Shown here: piece after piece, positions 26,201-40,400 of the stretch | Layout of the letters: each line of letters starts with the position of its first letter | Numbering within the stretch: position 1 is the first letter of the stretch | Assembly: GCA_029953675.1 (NCBI GenBank) | Contig: JAMWBK010000008.1 | Location: forward strand, 1,632,001 to 1,880,000 | Length of the DNA stretch: 248,000 nucleotides | Source: Rhodosorus marinus CCMP1338 | Lineage: Eukaryota > Plantae > Rhodophyta | Reading direction: 5' to 3' | Translations under genes and position numbers: made by a program | The notes under the pieces: model-generated | Told to the model about the DNA's origin: nothing | What the model saw: the letters and a program-made list of their open reading frames with translations, nothing else | Database searches by the model: none

Positions 26201-27000
26201 GTGGGTGCGCATGCGATCAGCGGGCGCTCTCAGGCCATGTCCGTGGGCTTGCCCAGTAAGGCATGGAGTAAAGTTGCCGCGTTCGCTGAGACGAGGAAAA
26301 GGACATCCCGACCCTCGTAGTTGGCAAAAATAAAGTCTTCTCGACTGCAGCCCAAGGATTCCGCAAAGATGTTCCGGAAATCGCGCATGTTCGGAACCTG
26401 GCCATGGGTTGCCTGCGGCCGAACGTTCCGCACCCAGAAAAGCTGCAAAGCCGTTTCTGTAGGACCACCCTGAGGCTCTTGTGGTGGTAAGAAACGTACC
26501 ATAGCTGCCGTACGGGCGGCAGTGGTGCCTTTCCGCAGCACCGAGATGTACGAAGGCCCCGCCGTGTGGCGACCACCCGCACCCGCCTGGGCCGGAAGCT
26601 GTTGACCCACGGAGGGCTTGCCGAGGAGCGGAAATTCCGCGCCAGAGGATTGGACTGCTAAGGATGCCGAAACAGCTTCACGCGCCGTCCAAACAGATTC
26701 CCTCAGATTGACCACAGCTGTTTCCTCCAGTCCCCTAGCGAGGAGGCTCGTTTTGGACCCGCTTTCCGCTCCCCGACCTCGCACTGTCCCAAGCGGGCGT
26801 AGCAGTTCCCGCCTATCCCGGGGCAGGTTCATTTTGACTGTCATCCCGATGTTGACTGCCTGGGGCAACCGTTGCCGCACTTCTCGAATTTAAAGTTCCA
26901 CCCAAATTTAAAATTTCCCCCGACATCAGCCCGATTCCAGACAAGCGGGCCGCTGGGTTAGCTGGGGTAGGACACCTAGATCATGGCTGGGGGTGATCGA
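23260..27000 (-). mobile_element. Nested CRE-like cluster: family C 3' region, family A insert, RT thumb and a possible ORF1-like 5' region
   Basis: VADLVVTDL..RRSEYIDLSI; LALPVRLGGLALG; C..C zinc finger; ORF 26230-26880 upstream. Confidence 0.75.
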
Positions 27001-27479
27001 GGTCACCCCCTAGATCACCCCCAGCGGTGACGAGCTTGTAACTGCGGAGAGAAGGGTACACACTTGCGTGCCCGAAGCACCCTGCAACTCCACCTGCGTG
27101 GATGAAAGGGCCCGAGCTGAAGCAAAAGTGCTGTCCACCCCCTATGGACACCTCTTCACGGGGAGCCACGCTCCCGAGGGAGCGGGGCGCGGAGAGACCC
27201 CGACCATCACGAGAGGATGTGATGAACAGGATTTTCACCACCGAACACCGACCAAAAAAAAACCCGCAACCCAACGCCACAGGACAGAAAACACCTTAGC
27301 GAACCCACCCAGAAGCTAGAATGCCACTGCAACAAACCACAAAAGCTGGGGGAAGGGCTGCCAGAGGAAGCGCTTCCTACGAAGAGCACTCTCAAACCCG
27401 AGTGCGACTCAAGACGCAACCGAAAAACAACTTAACCCCCCCACTTTCATTCACTTAAGGTATTCTGCTAACATAGAAA

Positions 27480-28560
27480 CGTGCTTTTTACTGGGCTTTA
27501 CTAGCATAGCCTGAAGCGCTACGCAAGGCGTGAAAAGGAACTAAGAACTAGGGAGGGAAGCGTGCAAACCCAGGCGCCGATGGCGCGCCTTGGCAGGCAT
27601 GCTGCTAGAATAACGCCACAGGGCGGCACTCAAACGCCGTAAAAGCGCCAAGTACTCAGTAGGATGCTCAGCGAAACATTTCCGCAACCACTCTAAACCC
27701 GACTTATCCACATGGCTAAAGCTTTCCACAATGAAAGGCTGGAACCGGTGGGAGCGACCCTCGGAGTAGGACAGACTGGCTATGCTCTCAGCATACCGTC
27801 GTTCCTTCACTCGTCGAAGAGCCGAAGCGGCTGCCAGTCGGCGGCGGGCGGCAGCAGTGAGGTGGGCGCTCGCCACAGGGCATGTAATCGCGAGGTCAAC
27901 ATACTAACATAGCCTGATGCGCTAAGTAAGACGTAAAAGGAAACTAGGGACTAGGAAGAAGAGCATGTAAGCCCAGGCGACGGTGGCGCGCCTCGGCGAG
28001 CATGTTGCTAGAATACCGCCAGAGTGCGATACTTAAACGGCTTATTTACCAGCAGCAGATATTCTTCAGGACGTTCGGTAAAACACTTACGTAGCCACTC
28101 CAAGCTTGACTTTTCCAGATGCCCAAAGGTTTCCACAATGAAATGCTGGAACCTGTGAGACCAGCCCTCTTCCCGGGGAAGACTGGCCATGCTCCCAGCG
28201 TACCGTCGTTCCTTCACACGGCGAAGTACAGAAGCTGCAGCCCCCCTCCGTAGACGGCAGACGGGAGATATGTACCGGACACGGGGCAAGTGACACCGAG
28301 GCCCACATATGCTGAGCGTTTGGCGGCTGCGTACGAAGCCAGGAGATCTGCGATGTAACGAGTAGAGGTGGTTGCAGAGGGTGTACTAGGCGGTGCTGAT
28401 TCCATCTTGCCCGTGCTGTCAACTCTTGTCAAGCGTTCGCTCAGGATGTACTTCCGGCGCGTGTGTCTCTTCGTGCGATGACCTCGCAGTAGTCCGCAGG
28501 AGCCCAGAAAATGGTACCCACATCCGTAGATACGGCTCGTACATCCTTGGCAGTACCTGC
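27480..28560 (-). mobile_element. Two stacked CRE-like family A 3' fragments
   Basis: ORFs 27541-27876 and 28008-28289 with FQ(P/H)FIVE(S/T)F. Confidence 0.8.
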
Positions 28561-28829
28561 TTGATGTATTTCACTTGGCTCAACCTAATTGTCTTGAGCT
28601 TTCTATCCCTACGGCCAAATAGTATCGGGCCTCACCCAGATCCTTGATCACGTACAGCTCCGCAAAATGCATCTTTGCCTCTCGTTTGCCTCTCGGGTAG
28701 GCTTTTCCATTCCCATGATGCGAATATCGTCGACATAAACGAACAACACGACCCCCGTTCTCATGTACAGGCAAGGGTCCTTCAGCCGCTGGAAACCTTT
28801 ATTCTTGCTGAGAACCAAGTCAGTCAAGA

Positions 28830-30910
28830 TCGTAAATGATTGACTAACGATTCAATCAACGATCAGCGGAGCGGTCATTGAGATGAGTGTAATCCGGATG
28901 TAAGCGTGAGTGTCATCTAGATGTAAGTGGACTGTCATCCAAATGTAAGTCGCAGTCAGTGAGCTGTTTACAATTAGCAATTGTGGTTTTGCACGCGGGT
29001 AGCTAGTACCTGAGCGTTTCCACAAGGGTATAAATTCGCATCGCTTAGCGTTGTGATTGTTGATCTAGCTTTGAATAAAGAGTAGGAAGTTTCATAGAAT
29101 CTGAAGGTTTACTATACACTGAGGACAGGATATTACATCAGAGGGTCATGAGCCCACGCGTCGACCTGTGGTATCCTGAGGAGGAATTGGCATCAAATTT
29201 AAGTTTGAAGTTTGTTGGTGAAGTGGGAAAATGAAGGAACTAAACACGTTCATTCCGAAGTTCACTCAGGTTTATTCAGAGCCTAACTACCCTGAGAAGC
29301 GAGAGACAAGACGCTGATGACACGCGTCTACAAACCGAAGTTAACGGATGGGAACTACATAGAATGGAGCTTCAGAGTGGAAAAAGCAATTCGAGCGACG
29401 GGAGTAGGAACGGCTCTACAACAACCAACGAATCTAGACGAAAAGGAGGATATGGAGGCACAAAACATCATCGTGAACACCCTCGCATCGACACATATAC
29501 ACCTTGTGATACGGTGCAAAAACGCACAAGAAATGTGGCAAGCACTTGAAAAAGAATTCAACGTTTGACGAAAAACAACAAATAAGTTGAAAGAAGAATT
29601 TTCAGACTTCAAATGAAGGGAGAAAACCCGGAGATAAACTTCCAGAGGATGGAAGAGATAATCTTACACGTATGAACATTTGGCATACAAATAGAAGAAG
29701 AAGAAGAGGTGGTGATAAAACAATTGAACCAAACCAAAGCGATGAACATATTTACAAGTCTCGACATTTCTCCTTTAAAGTCGCTACCGGACGACTTTGA
29801 AACGTTTCCAGTGATGCAGCGTGGCAAGGAGGTATTCTCCTTTTCGTCTGGGATTTTTGGTTGATGTAGAGCTGTTCCTGCTCCCTTCGCCCGAATTGCT
29901 CTTTCCACTCTGAAGCTCCATTCTACAGTAGTTCTCAACAGAAGAAGAAGAGGCGGTGATAAAACTATTGAAGTCGCTACCAGACGAGTTTGAAAAGTTT
30001 CGTTGGCTGCAGCTTGGCAAGGAGATATTTGCGCCAGATTACGAAGCGATTTAAGACTGCAGGCACAGATGACAAGCACTCAACAGAGTCTGACGATGCA
30101 AGCTGGAGTCAAAATCAAGAAATCATGCAACCATTGGGCGAAAAAAGGGCATACAGAAAACGAGTGCCGGAGTAAGGATCCAGCAAAAATGCTCGGCGGT
30201 TGCAGAAGAGACTGGGAAAAAAGATGGCGGCCTTTATGGCAACTCATGAAAACAATGATGAGGCAGAAGGATGGATCATAGATTCAGGCCCGTCAAATCA
30301 CATCTACGCAGATCGCGAGATGTTTCAGTCTTCGAAAACAGGCGCCAGTAACAATTACTACGTTAAACAGCTCTGTTAACAGTAAGAGAGGTTGGAACCG
30401 TGAACAGAGACCAGTGAAGCTGAAATCACCCTCAATGATGTACCCTTTGTTCCCCGATCAAGAAGAAAGTTGATTTCTGTGTCGGGAATCAAAGCAAACG
30501 GCAGTTTCTTGATCGAGGAGGGTGGTTTCCGGATACTAAACAAGCAAGGTGCTTGTGTGGCCACTGACAACGAAGAACAAGGAATCTATATGCTACGTAC
30601 ATTGCACGATCAACCAAAGTGTTTCATAAGTCATGAAGCAATTGGACATCCTGGAGAAAATGCGACGAGGTATCTGAAACCTGGTGTCTACATTCCAGAG
30701 CTGGCGAGTAAACCAGGATGCAAACCGTGTATTAAAGGCAAAATACGCCATGAAAGGCATACACGAGTTGGAGGAAGAGCAAAGAATCCCGGTGAGCTTC
30801 TACACGCGTACCTGTGTGGCCCGATGGAAGTCAGATCTTTTGGGGAAGCTTTCTATTTTCTGGCTGTTGTAGATGACGCAAACAGATACACATGGACACG
30901 TTTGCTCTAG
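28830..30910 (+). mobile_element. Degraded Ty1/Copia element (LTR-like segment, gag, zinc knuckle, protease, integrase)
   Basis: LTDGNYIEWSFRV, NAQEMWQAL, WIIDSG-like, CKPCIKGK, LCGPM...VVDDANRYTW; GGTCATGAGCCC PBS-like at ~29142. Confidence 0.8.
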
Positions 30911-30999
30911 TCGCAGGAAGGAGCACAGGCAGAGGTGGCTACTTTGCCGTAGTTAGCTTCCTGAGTGTATCTTGTCTGCTGTGTTTTGAGATTGGCTTT

Positions 31000-31800
31000 A
31001 GGTTGAGTTCATGCCTAGGAGAGCTCGTTCAGTGTGGCGTATGAACGCTGCCGTGATGTCGGAGGCGCGTGATGTTCGCCTTCAGTAGTCGTGTTTTACC
31101 CTCGGTGTTTGTTTTTTTCTGTCTCCGAATAAGCACGTTCGTTCAGTCTTTTCATACTCTAGTTCTGGCGCGTTGCATTTTCTGACCTACGTGGGATCAA
31201 ATTCTCGAAGAGTCCTTTCAGTTTGTGGAGTACATCACCGGGCTGGTCTTCCCCGGTTCCTCCGGAGACTCTTTGTCTCGCCAATCCTACTCCCACACTT
31301 CCGTTGGCTGCTCTGATCCAGTAATGCTGCGTTATTTCTAGAAGAACAAGCGTGTTTAGTCACACTTGTGGAGACCGTCATTCGAGGGCTAAGAGCCCCG
31401 ACTCCGATTATCCGTTTATTCAGAGCCTAACTACTATAAGAAGCGGGAAACAAGACGCTCATGACGCACATTCAACAATAAAGCAGCGTTCGAACGCCAA
31501 GAGTCAAAATCATCTCCGGGAGCAGGGTATCAAGACCAACTGGGTCGCTACGAAAGAGGCCACGAAACAAGAACCCAAACTATACACTAAACCAAAGCAC
31601 CGGATAATAAACGGATTAAACCGACATGACAACTCCGAGTCGCGAAACGTGGAGTGCGACATCGCCTCAGCATACTGCAACTCTTTCAATCGCCGCATCG
31701 ACCGAGTTGCTGGTACCATGAGACCGAGCGCACGCAGCAAGGCACCTGGTAGCCTGAGGCTGAATCCGCGGCTACCTGGTCAGGTTCGCACTCTCCTCAC
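31000..31800. mobile_element. CRE-like family B/C 3' fragments
   Basis: ORF 31510-31740 SMRRLKELQYA...FNPFIIRCFG; family-C 3' end at ~31410-31480. Confidence 0.65.
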
Positions 31801-32079
31801 CGATCAGTTCTGTCTAGGGGCTAGCCAGCAGTCCCGGGTGGCGGATCCTTTTGCAGGTTGCAGAGAACGCGGGCTCCTAAACTTTCATTTCTCTCAAAGG
31901 TTTTGAAAGCGATCCATCCGTTGCTTCTGCATAGAGCTTGATGTTTGTAGAGAAACAAGCCAGTCAGAACGAAAAGTACAGGAGAAGGCATCACTGTCAA
32001 GTCGCCTTTGGGAGATGTCTATTGTTATCAATAGTGCTTTTCACTCTGATGATCACTGTCTGAGCGATTCCACAAGGTT

Positions 32080-34480
32080 ATAAATACACGTCGATTATCA
32101 ATGTGAAGTCAGATCCGACTTTGAATAAAGCAAGTGTAAGTTTGACCGACAGGTTCGTAGGTAATAAAGGCGTCGATCATCCGGAAGAAAATGCTATCAG
32201 GTGTCTCAAAATGGGAGACGACATCCCTGAGCTAGTACGCAAGCCAGGGTGCCAACCATGCATCCAGGGCTTTGTTCGAGATGCACCACTGAGTAGCTAG
32301 CTCCTTCTTGGCAGTTGTGGATGATGGCACAAGGCAGATCTATACATGTCGAGTTTTCTCTCATCCGAGGAGGGCGCGAAAGCGGAGCTGATGATTCTAT
32401 TCGCTATCTAGAAGACCAGTTCTTGCAGGGTCAAGAAATTTCGCACTGGTGACTGAGGCGCCTTCCAAATGTAATTCTGAACCCAGATACCTAAGGAATC
32501 GAAGGTCAGTTGTACCCGCCGTATACACCGAGGCCGAAGGGTGTAGGCCGAGTGATCAACTACACGCTGTCACGAGACGTCCGATATAATCTGCAGACAG
32601 CCGGATGTCGAACGAAGTGTAGGCGTTAAGGACTAATTGCCACCATCTACCTTGGCAATGGAATACCCCAAATAGAACGGGAGTCTACGAAACCCTGTTT
32701 GCCAAAAGCTCTCATAGCTTGATCTCCGATCGCATGAGGTGGTCCAATATGGCTATAATCCCGACGAATCGAAGATCCATCATGTGTGGGTGCGGGAGAA
32801 GAGCAATGTTTTTCGCATCACTATATTTGAAACCTGTATCCCATGACCAACGGCAACGGCTTGTTCTGGCCTGGAGGGGGGCTCTCTGCGCGGTCCTACC
32901 TCGTTGAGGGACCTTAGACACCGATTAAACCGATCTGTCTGTCAGGAAGTGATAGGAATACGTGAAGATACAACTACTCCGCTAAGTGAAGAAGAGAGAA
33001 CTGCGGCGCAATGAGATAGCTGAAACACCAGACGCCGAAGCAGTTTCCGAACAACCCGAAAATCTACTTCCTGAAGAACCAATGCTGGATGAGAACGTTT
33101 AGGTGTGAGAGAGTCTACACGTACATATCAAAAACAAACCTGTCGCTATGGATTGGGATTCGAATCAGAGAAGGTGTATGAAACAAGTTGAGCCCGAGAC
33201 ATACTCGGGTATTCTCAAACGTGAAGACCAGCATTAGTGGCTACCTCCAGTTCAAGCCGAGCTTAAAACAGCCTACTGGAGCACAAGACCTTGGACGAGG
33301 TGGAAGAGATACCCACTGGGAAGAAATTAATCGACGTTAAATGGGTATTGGTGAGAAAGGAGGATGCAAACGGCAGATTGCTCGACTTCAAGAGGCGCGT
33401 GCGGTGACAAAAGCTTACATCCAGCGTTTCGGAGGTGTATCGACTGGGTTGTGATCAGACGTGTGTACCTGTGGTGAGGCTTGAAACACTTCGAGTGCTT
33501 CTATATGCTTGTCTTCGGAGGTCGTACAACCTGGACAGGTTGATTTTCCTACTGCATTCCTCAACGAGAAGTTCATGAGGACATCTACATTGAGGTCCTA
33601 CGACGAACAGACATCAAAGAAGGAGGAGTTCAGTTACATTTGTCCTTATATTGCTCGAAGCAAGCGGCGCCTGCGTGGAATCAGGTAACACTCGAAGGGC
33701 TTCATCCCTCACCGCAGGTACGTAGCATAGTCCACCCTACCATTCTAGTTGTAGCCTTGTACTACCAGAAGCGCCTTGACTAGCGCAACGCAAGCGAGCA
33801 GGGAAGACTTAGATCAACAGACGTGTTCTGGAGACCGTCTGGGTGCTCCACGACCTGATCAGCATCTCTTCGAATGCACCAAGACGCCGAGTAATTGGTG
33901 GAGGAAGCACTGACTTTGGAGGGGTAGAAAGTGTAGAAAACCAGGTGAGACAGGATGATGAAGCAATGAATACCTGAGCGTGTAACGATCATCGGAGCAT
34001 GTAACCATCATCGGAGCAGGTAACGATCATCGGAACAGGTGCAGCCGAAAAGCTTCTCGGCGAAGACGTCGATGGGAGATTTCTAGTTACACACAGCAAC
34101 TTGTGGTTTCTTGACTAAATGTGAACACGCATCGGCATCCTTCAACCGCCGATAGGATAGCTTCCGGCATTTTGCACGCGGGCAGGTGGTATCTGAACGT
34201 TTGTACACGGTTCTAAATACCGAAATGATTGGCACCGTCAAGCAACAAGACACATACCCAACTTTGAATAAAACAGAAGATTGGAGACCATAAAAGGAAT
34301 ACACACCCTCTGCCGCGTTGGCGTCAATGGAATGGCATGGGAGAGGTCTCCACAGAGCGCATTTCTCTTTCATAAAAGGAGCCCGATTGAGCAAGACATC
34401 CTTACATTTTCTCCTCTTCGTAGCATTCTTAAGTGCCACAGCCTGTGGTTCCAAACAACATGCCGTTTACATACAGACGG
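32080..34480 (+). mobile_element. Degraded Ty1/Copia remnant, paralog of 9300-11700
   Basis: Collinear identity (e.g. ATGTGAAGTCAGATCCGAC at ~9322 and ~32101). Confidence 0.7.
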
Positions 34481-37400
34481 AGCATTCGGAGTTTACACAC
34501 CAAAAGGTTCGCAATCTGAATAGACCTGATCGGATACTCCTCGTTTTAGATATGTACCCCTTCCGTAAGTAAACTCATGAAAAGCCCTTTTCAGGCCGGA
34601 AGTCCAAAAAAATAAATAACACCGACCCCCTCCCCCCCCAACCAGATAGTAGCTCCTTGCCTTCCAAACCTCTGGTCCCTCTGCATCCCATGGCGGCGAT
34701 CCGTTCCAGCAGTCTCTCTCTTGTTGGTTTAAATATTGCCCACAAACCCACAATGTCATTCAGAGTACTTTTAGAACTATATAACTATTTTATTCGATAT
34801 TTCAATATGCTATTGAACGAAAACAAGAATCGCTGATGTCTAAATATAGAAATAGTATTCGAAAAGAGTTTTCTTACCCCCCTAACAGACCCCTGTCACT
34901 TTCGGAAGACATCGAAACCTGGAATCCTTTTAGAATTAGGGAGAATGTCAGGAACTTATAGTCCTATTCACACCCCCCAACTTCAAACGATAGTTCTCCT
35001 TGCTTTCTGAAATCTGATTTAGAAAACCAAATCCTTGTGGGTGTGTGCGCTGCTCTTCTTCGTCGTGCCCTTTTTTTTGGTTTTGTTCGGGAGGTTGCTT
35101 CGAATGGAACCATTGATGAGGAAGTTGTCGCGAGCAGAGTTTCGGTTCTTTCGGGGAGGCCTTCCAAACCTTTGTTTGGGAGGGAGCTGTTTTCTGGACC
35201 GTTCGGGTATTCATCTAGTCATAGGGAGGCCCGCTGGCCGTGGTGAGAGTAGTCCGAGTGGTAGCCGCATCCCACTAGTAGTTTAGTTTCCGCTATGTGG
35301 CTTATCCGAGGAGCTTGTGATGGACAGGGGATTCGTCCGCTGCATTCTGTGCCAGGTAATTCTAAGCCCGTATTTAGACCCGCCTACAAACCTACGCAAG
35401 AGTGCGAGGACCAAGGTCTCAATGACGTAGTGAGGGCTTCGTGGAGTTTCGAGGGGTGAACCAGCTGGTGGTCGCTTCCGCCCAGTCAATTGGGAGGACT
35501 TTTACACTCTGATCCTTGAGGAAGCTGCTCGGTAGGGATTTCTGGCGGTTCCTTAGTGGAGCAAAGCGCATCGTTCCGCCCCTGCAGATGACGTGGGACG
35601 TTCCCAACCCCGAGGCAAATGACGTGGAACGTACCCACTCCCGAGGCAACTAACGTGGAATTTTCCCAAGCTCCATACTCTGAACAGTGTTTATAGTGCA
35701 CATCGCATTTTGGTTCCAACCAGCTCGCACCTTGTAGAAAGTTGTCCATACAGAGAACCTTGCGAAGTTTTCACCTCTGAGTGAATTCTTGCACGCTTCT
35801 GGCCATGCGAGTGCTATGTAGCGAGCCACCACCAAAGAACGAGGGTCTGTTCGGAGCACGGGTCTGTTCGGAGCACTACAAGCAAATAAAAAAACCAAAA
35901 CGGAACTGCCATGAGGCGCGATCGCGCGCCTCCAACATCAAAGCTTGGTCATCCTCGGACATTTCAGCCAGGTCAAGAGGAGGAGAGCTCGTCCAGCACG
36001 CAAAAAAAGCCTTTCTCTTTCAAGCCAAGCTTGGAACCCACCGGAACCAAGCATCGAATATATCGATATTTTCTATTGTAACTCAGTTTCTACGTGGTTG
36101 GAAATCCTTTCAACCTGCCCTTTCCATACGATGACGGCGTATTGGTTAAGAGCTCAAACGGAGAGTAGCACCTTTTGTTTTGCTTTGTTGGCGTCCTATG
36201 GAGTTTCTGCACGCTTGCGGGTAGAAAACCCAAGCCTGCGTGATTGGTTCTCTAATCTTTTTTTGCGGCACAACAGGACCTGGGCCACCAGGGTTGGCTA
36301 CGGGGTTCCATTTCCAACTCGGATGAAGGCGGTTTCGCAATATTTCCTCCAGAACGGGCTGTTCTGACGTGTGGAGGTCTTGAGGTTGTAAGGTGCAAGG
36401 GGGAGAAAAAGATCTAGTCCATTGAGACCGTCCACGCTTCCCTTCGCCACTGAAGCAATGCCATATTCCAAAAGACCGGAGTTCAAAATTATGACTACAC
36501 AGGGATTCATTCATAAAGTCTTTCGGCTACGAGAAATAGTCACACTGGCAGTTGCTTGATTCATCCTGCGTACCACGCTTGGCTTTACTACGAATCTGGA
36601 GGCATACTTTAGCGGGGAATCATCATCACTATGACAGCGGGCCATGGACGTGGTCTACAGAGCCCGTAAGTATCAGCGACCCGACAATCTAGACATACAC
36701 ATCTCCGCATGTGAGGTTCCGCGAACTCCCCCCGTCAGTGTTATGCTCCATCTCGCAAGAGGGGGCGACGCTCGACCGGCGTGGACGAGTGTCCCATTTA
36801 TACGTTTAATCTCCGCTTGAGTAGCCAAAGAGATTTTCGCTGAGAACCGACCTCAATTTACGTAATCGCCATCTAAATCGATGTGGTGATTGAAAACAAC
36901 AACAAAAAAAGGATAAACCAAAAATGAACAGCCAAAAAAAAAAAGTCGGGAGTCCACCACCCAATCAACGAGAAAGGTCCAATCCGTCGATCCGATGTCC
37001 CAATTAAATTTCCGGGTTACGAATTTAACTAAATTTGTTTGAAATAGAAGATGACAATAGTTGACCATTCCGTAGCCGAGGGGGTATCAAAAAAACAAAA
37101 CCAAACAAAAACCCAAGGGATGAAAGTCGAAACTTTGCATCCCGAGTTATTTAATTGAATATCTTTACAAATAGTCCAAAAACTAAGATATTGATTGATC
37201 ACGATATTAACTCCTAAAGAAAATCAGATCAAAGATGTATTAATCTGGTTTTCTTCAAACAATCGAGAAATTGTTTTTAGGTTTCTTTAGCTTTCGGTGG
37301 ACCCCGTGGAACGAGCATGTCTGCCTCGACAAACGAGGGAAATAAATCTCCAAAACAATAAAATGTAAGGCGAAGGGTGTGTAGTGGATTGGAAAGCCCT

Positions 37401-40400
37401 TCCCCTAGAAGTGGATACCTTGCGGAGAAAAAAATAAAAAATCAAGGCTGGACATTTTTTTTCGGGTGAATTCGGTAAACTTTCACGTACTGTTGCGGCC
37501 AAAAATTTAACTATTACATTTTTCGGCGATTCGCCAATGTATAATTAAATTGTCCACGAAAACCTGCGGAATTTTTTTCTTCATATGTTTTTCACTTGTA
37601 AGGCTTAAAAAGTAGGGCTGGGGTTTTCTGCTGGATTCCCCTTTTTTTGGTTACATGAGATTTTTATTGCTGGAGGAGAAAAGAGGTGCGGTTGTTGCAC
37701 TACTTCATTTTGGTTGCTTTCGGGACAAGCACAGCTACAACATTTTTTTTCGGGATTTTTGTTTGGGCCACCCCTCTCTTAGAGCAGCCGAAACGGGAAG
37801 GGGGGGAGGGGGGAAGGGGGAGGATGGGGGCTGGTCGTTTAATTAAATATCTATAACAACTCGAAACCTTTCCATTTTCAAAAGTTTCACAGCGAGCAGA
37901 TTGGTTTATTGCAACATTTCGTTATATCGCTCCTCGAATTGTCCGCGAACATCACCCGACGGTAGAGGAAATGCCTCGAATATTTTTATCATTACCAATT
38001 TTGTCATTTTACACACCTTCAAACGAGCACAAAGTTTCACAGACGAACAAATTTTTTTGATGGAACCTGGTGGTGGTTCAAAACCCATGAGAGGAGCAGG
38101 GTTTGTGGAGGAATGCACTGTGCCAAAGTATTTTTCTTTTTTCTTAGAATGAGTGCAATGTCCCACTAAGTTTGTCTTTCTTTGCTTGGATGCAAGTGAA
38201 TAAATGTTGAAAACAGTACCGAAAATTATTGTTTTCTGATGAACTGTATAAAATTTCAGCCCCTTAAAGCTTACATTGTTGTTTGGACTTCGGGTTGCAT
38301 CGCCCCCCTCTTACGCCCTGCTAAGAGGCCTTGAGACGATTTTCAGGTTGTCGCACAACTTTTTAATTAATTGCGAAAAATCGAGAGTTGTGTACTCGAA
38401 CTCGCACTACGGGGGGGGGGGGGTTCCCTATTGGAAAACTTGAAATCTGGAAACCATTTCAAGAACATGTGGAAGGAGCGTTCTCTCGCGGCTACGTAGA
38501 GGAACGCGTAGAGGAATTAGTGTTAAGAGGAACTCGCGAAGTTAATCAGCCTACCACTGGGTTAAAAGACGCACAGGCCCAATTCGGCGGCATGGACCAG
38601 TGCATAGAAACTTCTCGTCCGCGGATTCTTTGTAACCCAAGGGGCTCGGGTTCCAAAGAATTATGTTGCTATTTTCTATATGTTGGAATCGCAAAGGAAT
38701 TTTGGATACTCTTGACGATACGAAGAGGATCGAGATGTCGGGAAAATTGGTACCCAGGGACTGCTCCAAAGTTTAGGGAGCTGCGCTGTAAATGAGACGT
38801 GGACAACACATCCCGCCCGGATGTTGTCAGTTCCGATCGCGATACATCACCAGAAGCCGACTTCAAATCTGAATTTACGTAGTGGCACCTTGTTACATAT
38901 TGAGTGTCGTTGTTCGGACGAAGAAAAAATCGTGCGAGAAAAGTTGGCAGGCCGTTCCCCGGTGCTTCCGTCCTACGAACAATATTCCATAGATGTTCCG
39001 CGATTGCGACGAAAAGTGGCATACTCGGTTTCCACACCACCACCGACAAGCCTAGGTTGTGGGCTGCGCCGTCGTCCCACACTTTCCCAAAACGGACATG
39101 TGATCGGACCCTAAATCAGCCGGAACGGGAAGCCGACGTTTATTGAATATCCATAAAAATATACCCACTCCGGCGCCTTCCCAACCCTCTCCACATATTC
39201 AGTAAATCCATCCAATCCTCTGATTCGAAGTCAAGGTTTTTTCCAGTAGGTTCTGGTGAATATCTTCGCAAAAAAATTTTATCCACTCCCAAAAATAGAT
39301 TTGCTTTATTCTTTTAATTTTCGCATGCGCCGTGATTGGAGAAATTAACCTCGACATTCGTCGATCAGAATTGCCAATCTACGGCAAATTCGCGCGGAAT
39401 TTTTGACGCGGACTAAATTAGGATATTTGAACCGATTAACGGATAGATTTGGGATTCGTTTGGATGCTGGGATATGCTTTGACATTCAAAAATATGCACT
39501 TTGGAGGTTGGAAGAAATAGCTCCCATCTCCATTTCCTCCAAAAAAATCCTAGAGTAGAAAAGCGCTGGAACACGCTCGACACACAATTTTCTTGGCTAC
39601 TCACCCCTCCCATGTTACTGTTTTTGTACTTCCTCTCGAGAGGTATTGTTTTTGGAAGGTACGGTGGACACAAGCGAGAACGTAGGTGAAAGCTGACACA
39701 AACGTATTTTCGTTTTAATGTTTAAATGATTCTAAACGCCAAAAATTTCCCAGCGCAAGTGGAAGAACGATGAGAAAACGTCAAAAAAAATCTGGATGCG
39801 ATATTTAAGGGGGGTGAGTGAGATCTGCCGTCTGTACGAAATTAATGTTAATGCCTTTTATTTGATTATCCAAACAACTCGGGCTGGAATTGATAGTTAC
39901 TGCTCACCCACGACATCTTTCCCAATCGGTGGTAGAAAGTGCGAAGGAAGGGGGCGCCAGGGGAGGGGAAGGGGTTGCGGAGAAAGTTGAAAGCTTTCGT
40001 TTACGCTTCCTCTACCAGCCCGGGTAGAGGAAGCTATTATCGAATTTGATGCACTGTGGGAATAGACCTTTTTTTCGTGAAATGGAAAGCCCGATTATCT
40101 TCGAGCATAGCCGATATTCTCTCACAATACGATTTGCTTCTGGTTGGAGGCTGCGGAAAAGTTGGCCGATCAAGAATTGGTTCGCTCCGTAGAGGGAGAA
40201 GCTTCTTTGGAAGTATCAGCAGCCACCAACGAGTGGGATAAATATAATTTTGTTTTTGCTGTCGTGTAGTAAAACAATTTTGTATTAGATTTGTTAGCGA
40301 GGATAGGGCGCAAACCTTTTGAGTTGAGATTGTTTTGAAACAAACGTGTCTTACATTTTTGGAAGAGCAAAGAGGCCAATTGTCCAAAAAGAAAATAGGC

